This document shows, in pieces, positions 26,501-40,760 of a stretch of DNA of 64,000 bases (its first letter is position 1; each line of letters opens with the position of its first letter). The DNA lies in contig JBHGNT010000021.1 of the NCBI GenBank assembly GCA_043228905.1, positions 372,001-436,000 on the forward strand, written 5' to 3'. The translations under genes and the position numbers were made by a program. Under the pieces are notes generated by a model. The model was not told the origin of the DNA. It was given only the letters and a program-made list of their open reading frames with translations, and searched no databases. The DNA is from Azolla caroliniana (Eukaryota; Plantae; Polypodiophyta).

Positions 26501-27418
26501 GAAATTTCTTCCGGTTGACTATGCTCTCTTGTAACATTTTCTTTCTTGCTTCCAATAACTCCCGTTGCTTGCATAGCTCTTTTCTCTATTTACAACGAAA
26601 AATATGAACTTGGTCAATGGCTGATAAACCCCCTTAACTGTAGGCCACCACAAATGTCTCCAAAAATAGAAACAATGAAACTTTTTCTGCTAAGAAAAAC
26701 AACTATTGTATGATCCAAAGCAAAAGAAGATGTCAAGAGGTGAGAATACACATTGCTTAGTGGGTTCCTCGAAGAATCCGAGTGAAATAGACGTTAGTTA
26801 TGGTTCTGAATAATACCTTGCATTTTTTCAAAATCTTTAATTGTTTAATTACCACTAACTTACTTACTTTGTTTTACCGTGTGAAGATTTTAAAACGTCC
26901 GGGATATATATCCACTTTTGCACTATGTTTTGTTGATCTGGTGTTTTCAAAATGGAGCAAGAGCATCCACGATATTACTTAAGAACACAGAAAAATATTG
27001 GAGAGCAAAAAGACCTGGTGAAGCTCATAGTTGAGCCGCTTGAGCATTGTCTTATGTGCATCCTCTCTGGGATCCGGATCTTTCATTAAATCCGGTGGCA
27101 CATCTCGGAAGAAGTCTTCTTCAGGAACGAGCTCAATGTCAGGATACTTGGACTTGAAGTCCTTGCATGCATTGATGGCTTTGATATAGTAGTTCTTCTG
27201 GTATAGCAAATTGTTGAGCTGTAAAGTTGTGTAATCAACTGGTAATTTGGCTGCTTCAGTCTCCTGTTTGATACGATCCTCGTCTTGCAAGATGATCCGA
27301 TTGATCTGCAAGAGATGACCAGGACCATCAAATGTGAGCAGAATGTGGATAGCCTACATCGTGCTTTCTAGAAGACATGGAAATGAAATGGTGGTCATCT
27401 ATATACTGAATATATCAC

Positions 27419-27452
<34 letters not shown>

Positions 27453-27637
27453 AAGACCTGGCGGAGGCTGAGGAAAGCCACAGAGGCCTGGGTGAAGAGC
27501 TCGCGGAGCTCTGCTCGGTTCCTCCCTTCCTTCTTGATGAAGAGCAGCCTGGCAAGTATTTCCTCGATGGCGCCCCTCGTGTCAGACAGCACGTCGTACG
27601 CGCTCTTGCTCTTCATCTTCACCTTCTCCTCCTCCAT
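17542..27637 (-). CDS. THOC5: THO complex subunit 5, 8 exons: 27637-27458, 27305-27015, 26585-26249, 23713-23376, 23306-23053, 22761-22137, 18271-18092, 17745-17542 (802 aa)
   Basis: GT-AG sites with compatible phases. Motifs PVDYTTLQLNNLLYQKNYYIKAINACKDFKSKYPDIELVPEEDF, LPSHLKALKKASLPVQQQLG, LFPDDSGEELP, PYKWVQHLAGVDFL, EYPTRPP.F and RGRDR. Confidence 0.95.
18330..18765 (+). mobile_element. Short 3' fragment of a related RTE-like LINE subfamily in THOC5 intron 6
   Basis: GVTIDRAMAICRARRPR...IKAII aligns with the C-terminus GLSLEEAEIQRATKRPR...IKKI of the 6485-9133 ORF. It ends in the same terminus, ataggccattttggcctcttaaaagacgttaatatatctttctttctttc. Confidence 0.75.
23900..24545 (-). mobile_element. 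Decayed RTE-like LINE ORF2 fragment in THOC5 intron 3
   Basis: LVYGVETWGPSL...KDL.RPLV / IKSKALAPHDIIQA is homologous to LMYASVVWAPGL...LERPLV...RSKSTVPHDIIRA of the large LINE. Confidence 0.7.
24545..25500 (-). mobile_element. Non-coding element with the LINE-type 3' stem-loop/tail and internal tandem modules (LINE 3'UTR variant or SINE-like passenger)
   Basis: gaaagaagaaacatatattaacatctagtagaggccaaatttggcctatgaga (24545-24598) matches the LINE terminus. The module tatcctagt...cattcctctgctcactct occurs three times (~24840, ~25275, ~25347). Confidence 0.55.
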
Positions 27638-28149
27638 CTCTCCTCTCTTCTCTCCTCTCCCTGCACCTGCCCCTGCCCCTGCGTTAGAACCAAATTCCCC
27701 AGCAGGGTTCTTTATTCATTCATTCATTCAGGATTTATACATACATGTGTACATATTTATAGAGAGCTTGAGCTAGAGTTTAAGCCTCCCCTAATCATTG
27801 TCCTTTTACTTTATAAATCTAACTAAAATTTCTCTCAACTATGTATTGTCATGCCCTCTAATGCCATTCATTAGCCTTATATAGTTAGTTAATATCAAGC
27901 AATTAAGAGTAATTAAATCAGTTTAAATTTATTTTGTGTGCTTTTGGGTATTAGGTTTAGATATTCCTTCGTTTGTTCGTTAGTATTTTGCGAGTAGGCT
28001 CTGAAGCACTACTAGATCACCAATCACTTCTACTTGTCCCACAAACGTTGCCCCCAACTTTATAGCTCTTGGTTATGGGTTAGTTTAGTAAGACTAACTA
28101 GAACAATATGTGGTAAGTCATAAACTTCCCCACATATACTTATTGGATA

Positions 28150-29560
28150 ATCAAATATGTCATCTTCATGAACCAATCTTCCATAGTGAAAATGGAATCA
28201 AATCCCTTGGAAGATAGAATATCAATAATGAAATTCGAAGAAATAAACCACCATAGGTTTTCAAGAATCAACAATGGTGGTAACAACCCATATGGTAACT
28301 CTAAAACTGACAACATGCATCACAAATACAAATGTAGTAGTTCTCAACAAAGTTCTGAATTAAGACCACCAATATCTCTAAGAAATCAAGTAAGTTTTGA
28401 GGAGTCTAGAATGTCCAACCATTAACGTGTCACTGTAGTGCAATAAGAATTGTGGTAAAGAGGGGCCATCAAGAACATACAATATATGGTGGACTTAAAA
28501 GGCCAACCATTATGACATTTGCATTGATAATTATCTTTACTTGAATTAAAAGATCTTTAAGAAAAATTGGTCGTATGTTATATGTTTCTATCTTCGTTGC
28601 TAAATTCAATGCTAGCTATTTACATGATCTATTTACATCTAATACTAATAAAGCATAATTAATTGTGTAAACAAAAAGTGCAAAAACATAGAAATACCCT
28701 TCAATTCCTTTTCTTTTCGGACCTACCCTTGAGTTTCCATTATTTTCCTATATGCACTTGGTCATAATCCCAAAATTTCCAACTATATGCAATATCTAAG
28801 AGATGATATGATCACAAATATTGCAACTTTCTTGGGTTCTCTTGTTCCTAGAGCATCTATGCGTTGAGATATGTAAAGAATGAAAGAAATGAGTGCCCTA
28901 CCAATATTTTGAACCTCTCTACTATTTTCATATTTGTAACAAGGACTTTTATAAAGCCATTGACTCACTACAAACACAGAAGAGTGGATGATTGACAAGG
29001 ACATGTGATATTCAAATTTGATCTTCATTATCCCCCAATCTATACACGAGATGGATCTTGGGAAGAAATTCATCAATTTGTCTCCACGCCTTGTGACAAA
29101 TGCCACAACTGAATAACCAACAATGTTGCATATACAAGCCATTTCCCCTGACAATATTAATTATGAATGGTTTCCCATTTGCACGAATTATTTCTAAATT
29201 TTTGCAATCTTCGAAACTTCCCAAAGATGGATGAAATATTTGCACTACTTCCAAACACTTGGGGCATCCAAGAATTCACAATATTTACAAATCCATTTTG
29301 ATGGATCCTCACAACCATGACATGTCCATCAGAGAATTGGGTCCAATCACTTCTACGTGATTGTTCTTCTTTCATCATCAAAGCTCATGACAACTTCTAC
29401 AAAAATCTTGTATCGTTCTTAGTGCTAGCTACGAAACCTGAAATAGTTCTCAAACGATCAAATATTGTCAATCACATATGGAAATTTGGGAATCAATATA
29501 GTTTGAACGTCATCACGTCGAAATCCATACAATATTGTTTGAATGTCTAAAGTTGTGCAA
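28150..29560 (-). mobile_element. Highly decayed Penelope-like RT remnants (Naiad/Chlamys-like)
   Basis: Minus-strand fragments LY*FPNFH (~YW.PK.HK), RF/VASTK..T..L (~RFIA.S..C.T..LS), GEMACIC (~GIPMG..C), IHSSVFVVSQW (~SNI...YGV.ISQL), and a second piece CKC...LDILDSSKL...GLN...VVTTI (~N-terminal region). Heavily frameshifted. Confidence 0.4.
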
Positions 29561-31109
29561 AACACACACAATCTAGAAGCAATATTCTGTCTTTGCAAAG
29601 ACACTCTGAGTGGATCTCCCTCTCGCTCTCACGCACACACATACACACACACACACACACAAGGCAAGAATATGCTTGATCATATATTATCACAAGAAGC
29701 TTAGAACATTGTATGCAACGTACAAAAGAGAAAAATATTGTCAAATGGTTGGGTGCTTGACATTATGAAATGGTTTAAGAGATGGGGAGTAAAAGATCTA
29801 TTGGAACTCTCAAATGATGTTATGAAGTATGTGACCATTGAGGATAGATTACTCGAGGCACTCACTAAGGATGAAGTGGCATTGTGCTAAAATTTCAAAT
29901 TTGGAATATTACTATGCAAATATTAGCCCCCAATGTTTGCCCTACTACAAGGTAATAGTGCCAAAATGTATCAATCACATCGCACTACCCCCATGAGCCT
30001 TGGCTCTCGGAGAACCTAAACACTTTTTCAAACCAGCTCACATAAGTTAAGGTGTTGAGGCAACATAATGGCATCATCCCTCAAAGATGACGATATGCAA
30101 TGAAAACCTAATGGAGGATGAATGCCACTTACCTATCACATGCTTAACATCTAAGGTAAATTCGAGAGAAATATGACTCGTTAATTAAGGGGCACGACAA
30201 TGCAATTGTTAAACTCAAATTTCCACCAAGAAGGTTGAACACGTATGTGTGTGCATTTATTTTCACATAGAGAGTATTTGGTACTAAGTAGTAACTTCAT
30301 TTCTTAGGAAGGAGTGACATACGATATGATATGTTGATTTAATCCCATTGGTCAAAACTGGCCCATCATGGACAATAAAACATCTACACTATTATATTCT
30401 CTCTCTTGTATACACATAAATTTGTGGCCAATATCCTGACCATCTCTCGACCTATCTCATTTATATGCTTCCTGGAACTTTGATCTAGGCAAGGCTCTCA
30501 TTTCTTCACTCCTTTTTTGTGCCCATGGATTGGAAACCCTTGTCAAAGACCCAACTTAGTGGGTGGCAAAAATAAACCCAAAAACGGTGATCTCATCTTC
30601 CATTGAGTATTGTTGGGGAGAATTTGGAATTGGAGAAGAATAAAAAAACAAAAACGGAACACATCATTGTTCATCTCCAGAACATCATCCAAACAAAAGA
30701 TACTACCTTGGTCCCTACATGTGCCACATTTAAACAATGAGGCTAAAAAGGGAATACGCGCTGTGGCATCCGAACATATCTCCGAGTACAAAGGTATCCG
30801 AATTAGGGGAATATTCACGGATCCACACATTAGGTTCCGTAGTATTGGTCTCAAAAAACATTGCTCGACGGTTCATCGTCTTTGCGGGGATCCTCCTTTC
30901 TTTCTTTCCTTACATTCCTTCTTGGTTTGGTTAACATGGAGATTAGATTGGATGGGCATCATTGGTGTTTTAGTTAGGTTTCGTTTCCTTCTGTTTATTT
31001 CTTCTAGAATTAAAAGGATTTTGGATTTTTTAAGCATTTTATATATGTATGTATAACTTTCAAGGTCAGCTGAAGTCCGGCAATTTACAGTTAATTCCAA
31101 TCGCCAAAG

Positions 31110-31113
<4 letters not shown>

Positions 31114-31162
<49 letters not shown>

Positions 31163-31320
31163 GAGACAGAGACAAGAGAAGCGACAGAGAGAAACGGAAG
31201 AAACACACAGACACAGACAGGAAGACTAACAGATAGACAGGAGAAGAGAGAGAAAGAGAGAGAGAGAGCATCATACAGATAAAACACAAGAGATCGAGAC
31301 AGAGACACAGAGACACAGAG

Positions 31321-31408
<88 letters not shown>
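31114..31408. repeat. Compound (GA)n/(GACA)n microsatellite upstream of the coiled-coil gene
   Basis: Seen directly in the sequence. Confidence 0.9.
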
Positions 31409-31411
<3 letters not shown>

Positions 31412-31467
31412 CAGGATGCCAAAGAAGAACCCTCCTTCTCTGTCTTCTTCACTCCTACTCTTAATAT

Positions 31468-34400
31468 ATGGGTCATGCCATCCTTCCCCTCAACTTCTAC
31501 TGTCGCAATGCTCGGCTCTGCCACAAGAAGGCAATTTCGTCAAGGAAATCCCAGCTCTTCCAGGACGAGCTCTCTCACCTCCACAACTTCCAAACCCTCG
31601 TCACATCTACCATCCCGTCTCATCCCCAATTCCAGGACAAAAAATACGATAAACTACTCGCCGAGCTTCAGCTCTACCTCAATGATGCTCAGAAACGAAT
31701 CCGCGAGCTCGAATTAGGGGAATATCATCAATCCCACAAACTCTTAGGTCCTCATACTATCTCTCACAAAAACGTTGCCAATACGTTGTCAAAATCCCAT
31801 ACTTCAGCATCTCGATCAAATATCAAACCAACATTGCATACCTGGTCTCCTAGATCGACCCATTCAGCTATTGATGCTAAGAATATTGTTTCTTGGTCAT
31901 TAGGGTCTCAAATCAGACAAAAATCCCCCCAACGTTCAATGAGACTGAGTCCTTCTTCTTCTTCTTCTTCGAAATCAGCAAAGAAAATGGCCGTGAATAG
32001 TTCGCCCACCAAAAAGCAACAAACTTGGGCAATATGGACCGCGAATCCTCATGATATGAGCGGGAATGATAGTAATAGTGGTCTCTCTCCTCCCTCTAAA
32101 AGGCATATCCATAGCAGCCCTCTTGTACATGAATTCAAAGGCTCCCCTCCTCCAGGTGCTACTACTACTTACGTTTCTCGAGATTATTGAATAAGCTTCA
32201 TTTTATATTATGTTGTACAAAAAATATTGGACAAGCATATGTATTGCTAAATCATAGTTCTTGTGTGTGTATTACTATAATGGTATGTATATTAGATTTG
32301 TCTTTAACATCCAATATAACTGAAAATTGTAAATCATGAGCATTGGAGCAGTTTTTGGATATACTAAATATGACAAGAAATGTAAAGCATTAGTATTAGA
32401 TTGTTGTTTGAAATGTAATGTGGCAAGACATGGAAAAGCTTGTGTATTTATTTATTTAGAATGTTTGTTTGAAAAAAAATGCAATGCGACAAGAAATGTG
32501 AAGGAAATATGTTGATGGAAATGCAACAATATGACAAGAAAATAAAGCATGAGTATTATATCGTTTTAATGCAGAATTATGCATTTTTTCACATGATGGA
32601 TTCGTCATCGATTAAATAATCGAATATTATTTCATCCCACCTTCAATATTGTGCTTGTTACTAGAGAATCACATGACATTCTACTATCGGTTACTAAACA
32701 GCCTTTTTCCATTGTATTCAGATCCAAGAGCGGAGGCAATTCTTGGTGGCTGTGCACTTCTTGCTACCCATCTTCAATCCTTTGATGAAAGAAACAATAA
32801 TAAAGATCAGGGTCAAAGCCGTTCTCCTTCTTCAAGAAGAGGTGAGCGAGAGAAAATGCCTAATAAAACTGAGTGGTGTCTCAGCCAACACTCAAAAGTT
32901 CGTGAAAGGGTAGACTATGTAGAGATTCCTGATGGAGATCAAGATGAAACTGCATCGTCTCATAAATCGAGTATGAGGGGAAGCAGATTTCGATATGCCA
33001 CAGATTACTTTGAAAAGAAGCTTCAGGAGAAGATAAACAAAAAAGCACACCATTCTGTAAGCGAGCAAGAGCAGAAATTAAGCTCATCTTTGAAGGCTAG
33101 AATCTCCTCTGAAAGAAAGCATGAAAAAGCAAAAAACAATCAAGAGAAGGTGCACTCAGTTCTTTCTCGGTCGTTCAGCCCATCATCTCATAATGCAAGA
33201 TTGCAGCGTCTCTCAAATGAGGAAAGCAATTCCATAGATCTGGATCAAGAAAGCAATGACACATGGGCAAGGGAAGTTGTGCCCGCTATTGAACAAAAGC
33301 TCACTCATGAAATGCTGAAGTCTCACAGTGCAACTCAGATACATGATTCAAAAAGGAAAAAACATAAACCAAGAGGCATTCTTGGTATGATGGACAATGT
33401 GATAAGGCAAGCCGTAGATTCAGATTCTGAATGTCTGTCAAACATCACGTTACCGCGCAATATAAGCCTGGCTGAGACCTCATCCAAATGTGCTCATCCA
33501 CTCGCAAGTGGAAACATTCAAACAAAGCATAGTACGACCAAACAACCTGACGGCCACCAATCTCTTTTCCAAGGATTACAAGTGGAAGCTCTAGAGAAGA
33601 AGATTACTAGCTTGCAAAGTCTGGTAGGTGATCTCAAGGAATCCATCGAAGGGTTCACATCTCGTGTGGAAGAGGATGGAGATTCATGGCAAAATAGAAT
33701 GCAAGGGTTAGAAAAGCAAATGAAGGTGTTGAGAGATGACACAGATCAGGTGTTTCTATGCATCAAAGGGACTATCAAAGATGAGATAAAAAGTAAGCTG
33801 GAAGATGTAACCAAAGGGCTCGATAGGGCAGAAGAAAGGTTGGGAGAAATGGACTCAAAAAAAAAGGGCTCAGAGCAAAGATTGGAAAGTAGGATACAAG
33901 ATTGTTCTACAACGGTGGATTCACTAAGAAGACAGATGGATTCTATGGTTTCAGATGTGAAAGTCAACATAATGAGGGATATGAAGGAAAGAATATATCA
34001 ATCAGTGCAAGCTTTGAAAGTGGGGGTGAAGAATGACATGGATATGCTTGAACTTGGAATGTACGAAGACATAGAAAATCTGAGGAAGGACTTGGATGCT
34101 AAACTTGAAGCTACCTACGTAGAATGTGAAAAAGCAAAGAAATCTGAAAATCAGCAAATCGAGCTTCTGATGGAGGAGAAGATTTCCCAAAAATTTGCTC
34201 AGAATATGAACACTGTTGGGGTAGAAATCCCAGATAAGACTGTTTCAGAAATAAAAAGTGAACTAAAAGCAGAATCTGAGAGATTGAGGAAAGCTGAAAG
34301 GCAAGAGATGGAAAAATTAATTGAGGAGAAAATCCATAAAAAGCTTTTGGAACCTATGGATGTTCTCTCAGGCGATAAAGAGAAAGTGATGGCCAATATG

Positions 34401-37400
34401 GAAAACCAAATCCATCTTCTGTGGGCAGAGGTTGACTTGCTTTCTAAGGGACGAGACATGATCAAATATAGTGTTGAAGAACTCACTCAAATAGCTGAAC
34501 AAGCCAAAGAAACCATCAACAAAGAACAAGCCTTGCTGAAAACAGAGAACGCAAGCTTGAAGAAACAGCTGCAATACTTCAAGAAAGAAACCATGCAAAC
34601 ACGCGCCGATATCGAGGACTTCAAGAGAGACATGGAACTTGACATGAAAGATCTAAAATTGACTGTAGGAAAGATGAAAGATGAAGGAGAGAATATGAAA
34701 GAGAGCATGAGCCACCTCAACAAAGAGAAAATCACCTTGAAAAAGGTCGTGGAGAGAATACAGGATGAGATAAAGATAAAAAACAACAGAGCCGAATCGG
34801 TGGGGTTAAGAACCGATCGTGATGAGGATGAGATGGGAACGGATAGCAGTGATCGGGTGCTTATTATAGAGAGAATAGAAACGCTTTCAGCATTATACCT
34901 CAAAGGTCTGGAAGAAATAAGACAAGAAATCACCACAACAAAGCATGCTTGCAAGGAGAGGATCAAAAAACTAGAAAACCAATGCATGGGTCGGATATCA
35001 GAGCACCAACAACAAGATCAATTCAACGTGAAATCCAAACATCCATTACAAGAACTCGTGTTAGATGGGTTAGAGACCCGGATTTCGCATCTTGAACATA
35101 AACTTGAGCACAACCATGATTTCAAAGAACAGAGAGAAAACGTAGAGAGTGTGATAGTCGCTCTACACAAAGAAAGAGAGCAAGTGGCGGCAGTTCTATT
35201 GCAAGTTGAGGCAGCTTCAAAGAGAGCTGAAAGTATTGTTTCAGAGACTAGTAACACTATGCAAAAAGAACTAGAAAACATGAGAAAACATAGCTTGAGT
35301 GTCCAGGAGAACTTGTCTTCATACAAGAACACTGCGGCAGCAGCAGTGTCTGAAGTAATGGAAATACGTGAGCATATTGGAAAAGAGAAAGAGTCTTTGA
35401 TCTCTCATGCAGAAGCTAAAAAACAAGAAGCTGATGCAGCTTTGGGAGAGATATTGAAGGTTCAGAGGAATAGTGTTACCCTCTCAGAAGACATGAAGAC
35501 ATCACTTGTGCATGAAGTGTCAAAAGTTCGATCTCATGCCGAGGTCATTGAAGAACAGAGAAACAAAACGATCAATCACATTGAAGAGTGGAAAAAAATG
35601 ATGGCCGATGATGTGAATAAGGCTAGAACAGCCTTAGATGGGATTGAGAAAGAGAAAAGGAAGTCAATAAGTTTGATAGAAACTGTCGCTTTGAAAGAGA
35701 AAGAAGATCGTGAGCAACATGTGCAACAAATGGAGGCTTCACTACATAGTCTTATGAATTTGGTAAAACAGGCAAGGTCCAATTTAGATGTAAAGATCGA
35801 AGATATAAATCGGAAACAAGCCGAATTAGAAGAGCAAGATAAGCAGATCAAGGAAGAGATTGATGATGTGAAGGACAAGATGAAGATTGCTTTTGATCGG
35901 ATTGACACATTCGATTCTAACACAATTGAACTTCAGAGTAAACATGCTGAGTTAGAGAAATCGAGTGATGTGTGGTCACAAAAGTATGATGCAGCTTGTC
36001 AGGTTTTCCAGGAAATAGAGAACAGGCTCTCCAGCCTTGAGAATGTCTCCAGAGAGAATGACTTCCGTGGTGACAATGCTGAGAACGTGGGTCCTAATCT
36101 GCATCAGGTAACCAGCTCAGAAAAACAGAGATTGGTCAATCTTTATAAAGAACTTTCAGGATCTCTGAGAAATATCCGGGATTGTCAAGATGGTGACACG
36201 ATTGAATGGCCTGAGGATGAAGTTGAACAAAAGTTTCACACACTGGAGACTAGGATCCAACAGATTGAGTCTGAATTTCAATCAAGCCTAAGGTAGCTTA
36301 CTCTTACACACACACACACACACACAAAGCATGTATCCAGGACCATACATACATTCATGGATACACACAGACATGCATATACATATACATACATTATACA
36401 TTATGAATTATACATTGTCCATTATGCATTTTACATTATACCTTATATGTTATACGTTCTACATTTTACGTTATACATAATACATAATACATACATAATA
36501 TTCAGACAGAGTGTGAATTCTTAGAACAAGCTTGCTGCATATAAGTACACGCTATATATACCATGTCCCTTGATGTATGCATATGAAATAACACTGAAAG
36601 GACATAGAGACCAACAATTAACGTATTTTTTTTGCCTTTGAATTTGCAGATCTCTAGAATCCAAGACACTGGAGCTAAGCATGACCACTCAAACAGCTCT
36701 TGAAGGGGCCTCATTGGCAGAGGAAAAATGTGGTAATTTAGGGGTAGAACTTGTAAAAGTGTGCAGAATGATAGCATCATCCGGGAAAGGAAGCCCAACA
36801 AAGACGACGTTGATGATGAACGACATGTCAACTGCCGATGAGGGCCTGTCTACTCGATCCATTCACCGCCCTCTACATCAGCATAGCCCTGCCAACAACA
36901 TTAAAGCAAAAGGTGGTCTTTCTAGCACCACTACTGCTAATACTAATGCATTATTTCCTTGTTCATTCTGTAAAAGTGCAGCAATGAAAGGATCCAATAT
37001 CGACCCACATAATAATCATCATCGTACACATAACGTGGAGAGTTGTTGTATATTGCACAATAAAGAAACAGCAGATTTCAAGATTCATGACAGAAGTAGT
37101 AACTATGTTGACAACCCACATCCAGACACCTTCCAGATATACAGTAAAAATGCTAAGATGGAAGGGAAAAGGGTAGAGGTACATCACCATTATGAAGGTA
37201 CATTGAATAATGAGAGAACACGGCATACCGAAGTCAGTCCCAGCAAAGACAGATCAATACATGGTGCACATGACAACACAAACAGGGGATTACCACATCA
37301 GCATCAGCATCAGCATCAAGAGGATGGTAATATAGGTAATTCCAGGTCTAGTCCAACTAGGAGGAACCAGAACCAGCAGACATATGAGAGAAGCGAGGAT

Positions 37401-37694
37401 TTTGGAGCTCTGTTGAATGTAGGGAAGGGGGGGGGATCAGATGGATCTGGGATGAAGGGCAACAACAATAATGTTGTCACTAATACTATGACAGCTACCC
37501 ATCATCATCAACAACAGCATAAACACAGTGCAGGCACTAGTAGTGGCAAGAATTGCCAGTCTACTAACATAAGGCTAGAGGCTGGAAAAATCCAAGTCAA
37601 TGTTAGCCATAGGTCTGCAGTCCCTTCGTCGGGCGGTGGTAATAGTGGTGGCGGAAGAATAATGCCAAAGAGAGGACGAGATGCTTCTCCTTAA
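31468..37694 (+). CDS. Large orphan coiled-coil protein, 3 exons: 31468-32155, 32722-36292, 36650-37694 (~1767 aa)
   Basis: Three long ORFs join in frame through GT-AG introns (PPP/D-PR; SLR/SLESK). The central ~900 aa is E/K/Q/L-rich and heptad-like, and both termini are S/H/G/N-rich and low-complexity. Confidence 0.85.
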
Positions 37695-40149
37695 TCTTCA
37701 TGAACCCATAAAATGCCCTTCCTTCAGTTTTGGACCTGCTCCTGAGCCGAGCTAGGGGAGAAGAACAGGGTGATGATTTGACCACCATATACAATTTGCT
37801 CCACAGGGTACAGTAGATGACTGACACTACTATATAATTGCTCGAAACAGGATTGATGACTTCACCATATAATCGCTCCTTGAGCTGTAGCCAGCACTTG
37901 TTCTTCTTTTCTGCCATGGTGTTGGTGCTTTTACCACATGTGTTTGAGGTTTCCATATATAAAAACAAGGAAGGAAGAAGAGAGGCATGTGAAAGTTTCT
38001 CGTTATCCATGTATAAATTATTCAAAGAGAAATGAATGTCAGACATTGTAAATTTACTTTCTACTGATGACACAAAAACAATATCTGAGGCAGATTTTTG
38101 AAAAACATCAAATGTATGTAATTGCTTGTTCTCATCTACATATTTCCCTAACTATGTATCTCAAACCATTTTTCCCGCAGTCAGATTCATCATGATGTGT
38201 TCTACTGAAAATAACTAGCATGCCCAATGCATCAAGTTTCAATAATTAATTGGTGTACTTATTATTGGTACTGCCACGCAAATGCACAAATATCTGCAAG
38301 TTTGACCCGATTGTACTTGAGGGGTAGCAGTAGGAGTTGTAAGTTCATCAATTCCTTCACGATTTCGTAATTAGATATAATTAGGTTAGACCAACTTATG
38401 AGTTAGACTAGGTAGCATCATTTAATTGATTATTGTTTATTATATTCTAATAAAGTCCGCAATAATCAATATAAAATAAGAATGAATGATCCTGTGATCT
38501 ATTTCCATGTCCAATATAATTATATATGTATCAATACTTATAGACGTGTTTACTGTAATAAGATCATAGTAGGCACACGATCAGAAAGAACACTGTACTG
38601 AAAGCAGGTCAAGTTGTATCATGAAGTTAATTACCGTGATTATGATCAACAAGTAGATTATGGATATGATTATAAGTGCTAGAATCAAACACAATCATGA
38701 GCAGAATTATTAGCATGTTGGGTTACATGCGTAAACATGGCTGATTCAAAGCATAATTACAACTAAGGGTGTTTGATCTATAACAAGAGGTAAATTAGCA
38801 GATCAATATGAACTCACTCCTATGTGAGCCGATGTATGAATCTTTGGCGACCTCATGACTGACCACATGCAAGAGGTTTGGTTAATGGTGCGCTTCTTCC
38901 ATACCAAAGTTCCCACCCTCAATATTGAAAAGGGGCATTGTACTGATGCTAATTAATCACAATGATTCTTTGGATGAACGATACAAGTAATTTCTATACG
39001 CCCAATTTTAATGAACACACATTCTTTAGCTACGCTGATGCATTTGTTTGATGGTGAAGAGACTTGTGCATAAGAGCCATATATTATTAATAAGAGTAAT
39101 GTCTTTTTAATGTTTAAATCATGCACTTTAGAATATGCTTAATCTCAATGATAACTATAAGTTCTGGCTAAAAGTAATGGTATTCCTTGTGAAAGTCATT
39201 GAATTACAATGTGTTGGGAAATAGTCTCCTAAAATTCAAAAGTGTTATGGCAAACCCCACTTGAATTACATTGTGTTGTGGCATTAGCCATTTAGAATTC
39301 AAAAGTGTGGTTATGACAAACCTCACTACTTGTGGGAAGTTTCAACTACCCATCAAAGTGCTCTTGTTTTTACTATTTTCTCAATGTTGGAGGATTCTCG
39401 TGATAGATAAATTCCCTAAACTCGCAGGCACGCTTGTTGATTGAGAACCTTCTAGAATTGTTGGTATAGAATGTGAAATGTTAAGGTAATAATCTCCTAG
39501 TACTTTATGAACCAATAAGTGAGATTTGTTGAAATCAGAATAAAATTTGGTGGACCAGTAAGGTAACACACTTTTCAAACAACTTGCACCTCATTAATAT
39601 TCGTTAAACATTCTACTCCCTCCCATCATCACTAGTTGTGTTAACAATTAAGTTCCATGCAATATCGAGCTACAAGATTTGTGTGCAAGAGAATAAAGCA
39701 AGGACAAAGTTTTGAAAGGGGAAAGGGAGTTCCGACTTCCAAAACTCCCCTTGTGACGAGGATCCCAATTTTAATTATACTCCCACCTTTTAATTTATTT
39801 TTCCTCTTTGTGCTTTATTTTCTTTGATGCTTCTCTTAACAATGTTTGGCATGCTTTTGTGGTTGTTGCACTTCTAGTATCTTCCCCTTCTAAGCTCCTC
39901 AAATGACTTCTCTAGAGTCTATAGAGAGTCCAAATTCCAACTTGCATAATTACACCCATGGACAACAGTTAAGTTGTTTGTTTAGGAATAAATGTCTACG
40001 ATATGTCTCTCCTTCTCAAGGCAATATGCCTTAAGCATATATCAATGCTATTGCATTAAGTGAAAGGAAAGTACATAGCTATTCAAAAATCTTAAGGAGT
40101 TCCCAAAGAAAAATGGGACTGTAACATAATATCAATTCAAATAAGCAAT

Positions 40150-40760
40150 TTAAACCAGGTTGTTGCCTACAAGCCCCAAATGTAGTTATTTGATAGGTCA
40201 TACTTCGATTGACATAAATTCAATGTATACATACATAATAGTAATCCAAGTGGGGTAGGGTAGGGCTCAATTAGATATGGTGTTTTTATGACTAACTAGA
40301 GAGACATGGAAAGAAAGATACCTATATCAATTGATATTACATATATGTATTCAAATCCTGAAAATTCTCGGGCAACAAAGTCGTCATTATATTCTTCCCA
40401 ATCTAATTTATCTTGGAGAACATGATTGCTATGCTATGGTTAGACTCGTAAATGATAGCTTACTTTCTTATTTAATAAAGCCATTTTTTAGTGTTGGCAA
40501 GTTTTCTTGCTTTAGATATATAGTTATAACTTATATATTTAGAAAATATGCTCGACACACGATAAAATTCCAAAAGTGGATAGAGCACTCGAATGACTTT
40601 AATCAAGACCATGCAACATGGATGGTATGCATTGAATTTAGATTCGAAAAGGGGCTACATGTAATAAACATTTTGTCTTCCTATTTTCACCTAGGGGCAC
40701 ATTCTTAGGTGATACTCCCCCAATTTGGCTGCAAGACAAAGGCTATGGGATGAGATTTGA
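40150..40760 (+). mobile_element. Decayed L1-type RT remnant
   Basis: Degenerate ...RYIV.../CIEFRFEKG (cf. L1 GR.I.DN...LKLDFEKA). Many stops. Confidence 0.3.

Noticed and set aside
30540-31030. atccg-rich repeats and a CxxC ORF suggestive of a hAT end
   Set aside because: Only one possible terminus and no supportable protein similarity.
30873-31316. LSLS/ERER ORFs (also 9155-9607, 43689-44063, 60200-60599)
   Set aside because: Translations of microsatellites.
32881-35923. Multiple minus-strand ORFs rich in S/L/F
   Set aside because: Antisense shadows of the E/K-rich coiled-coil exon.
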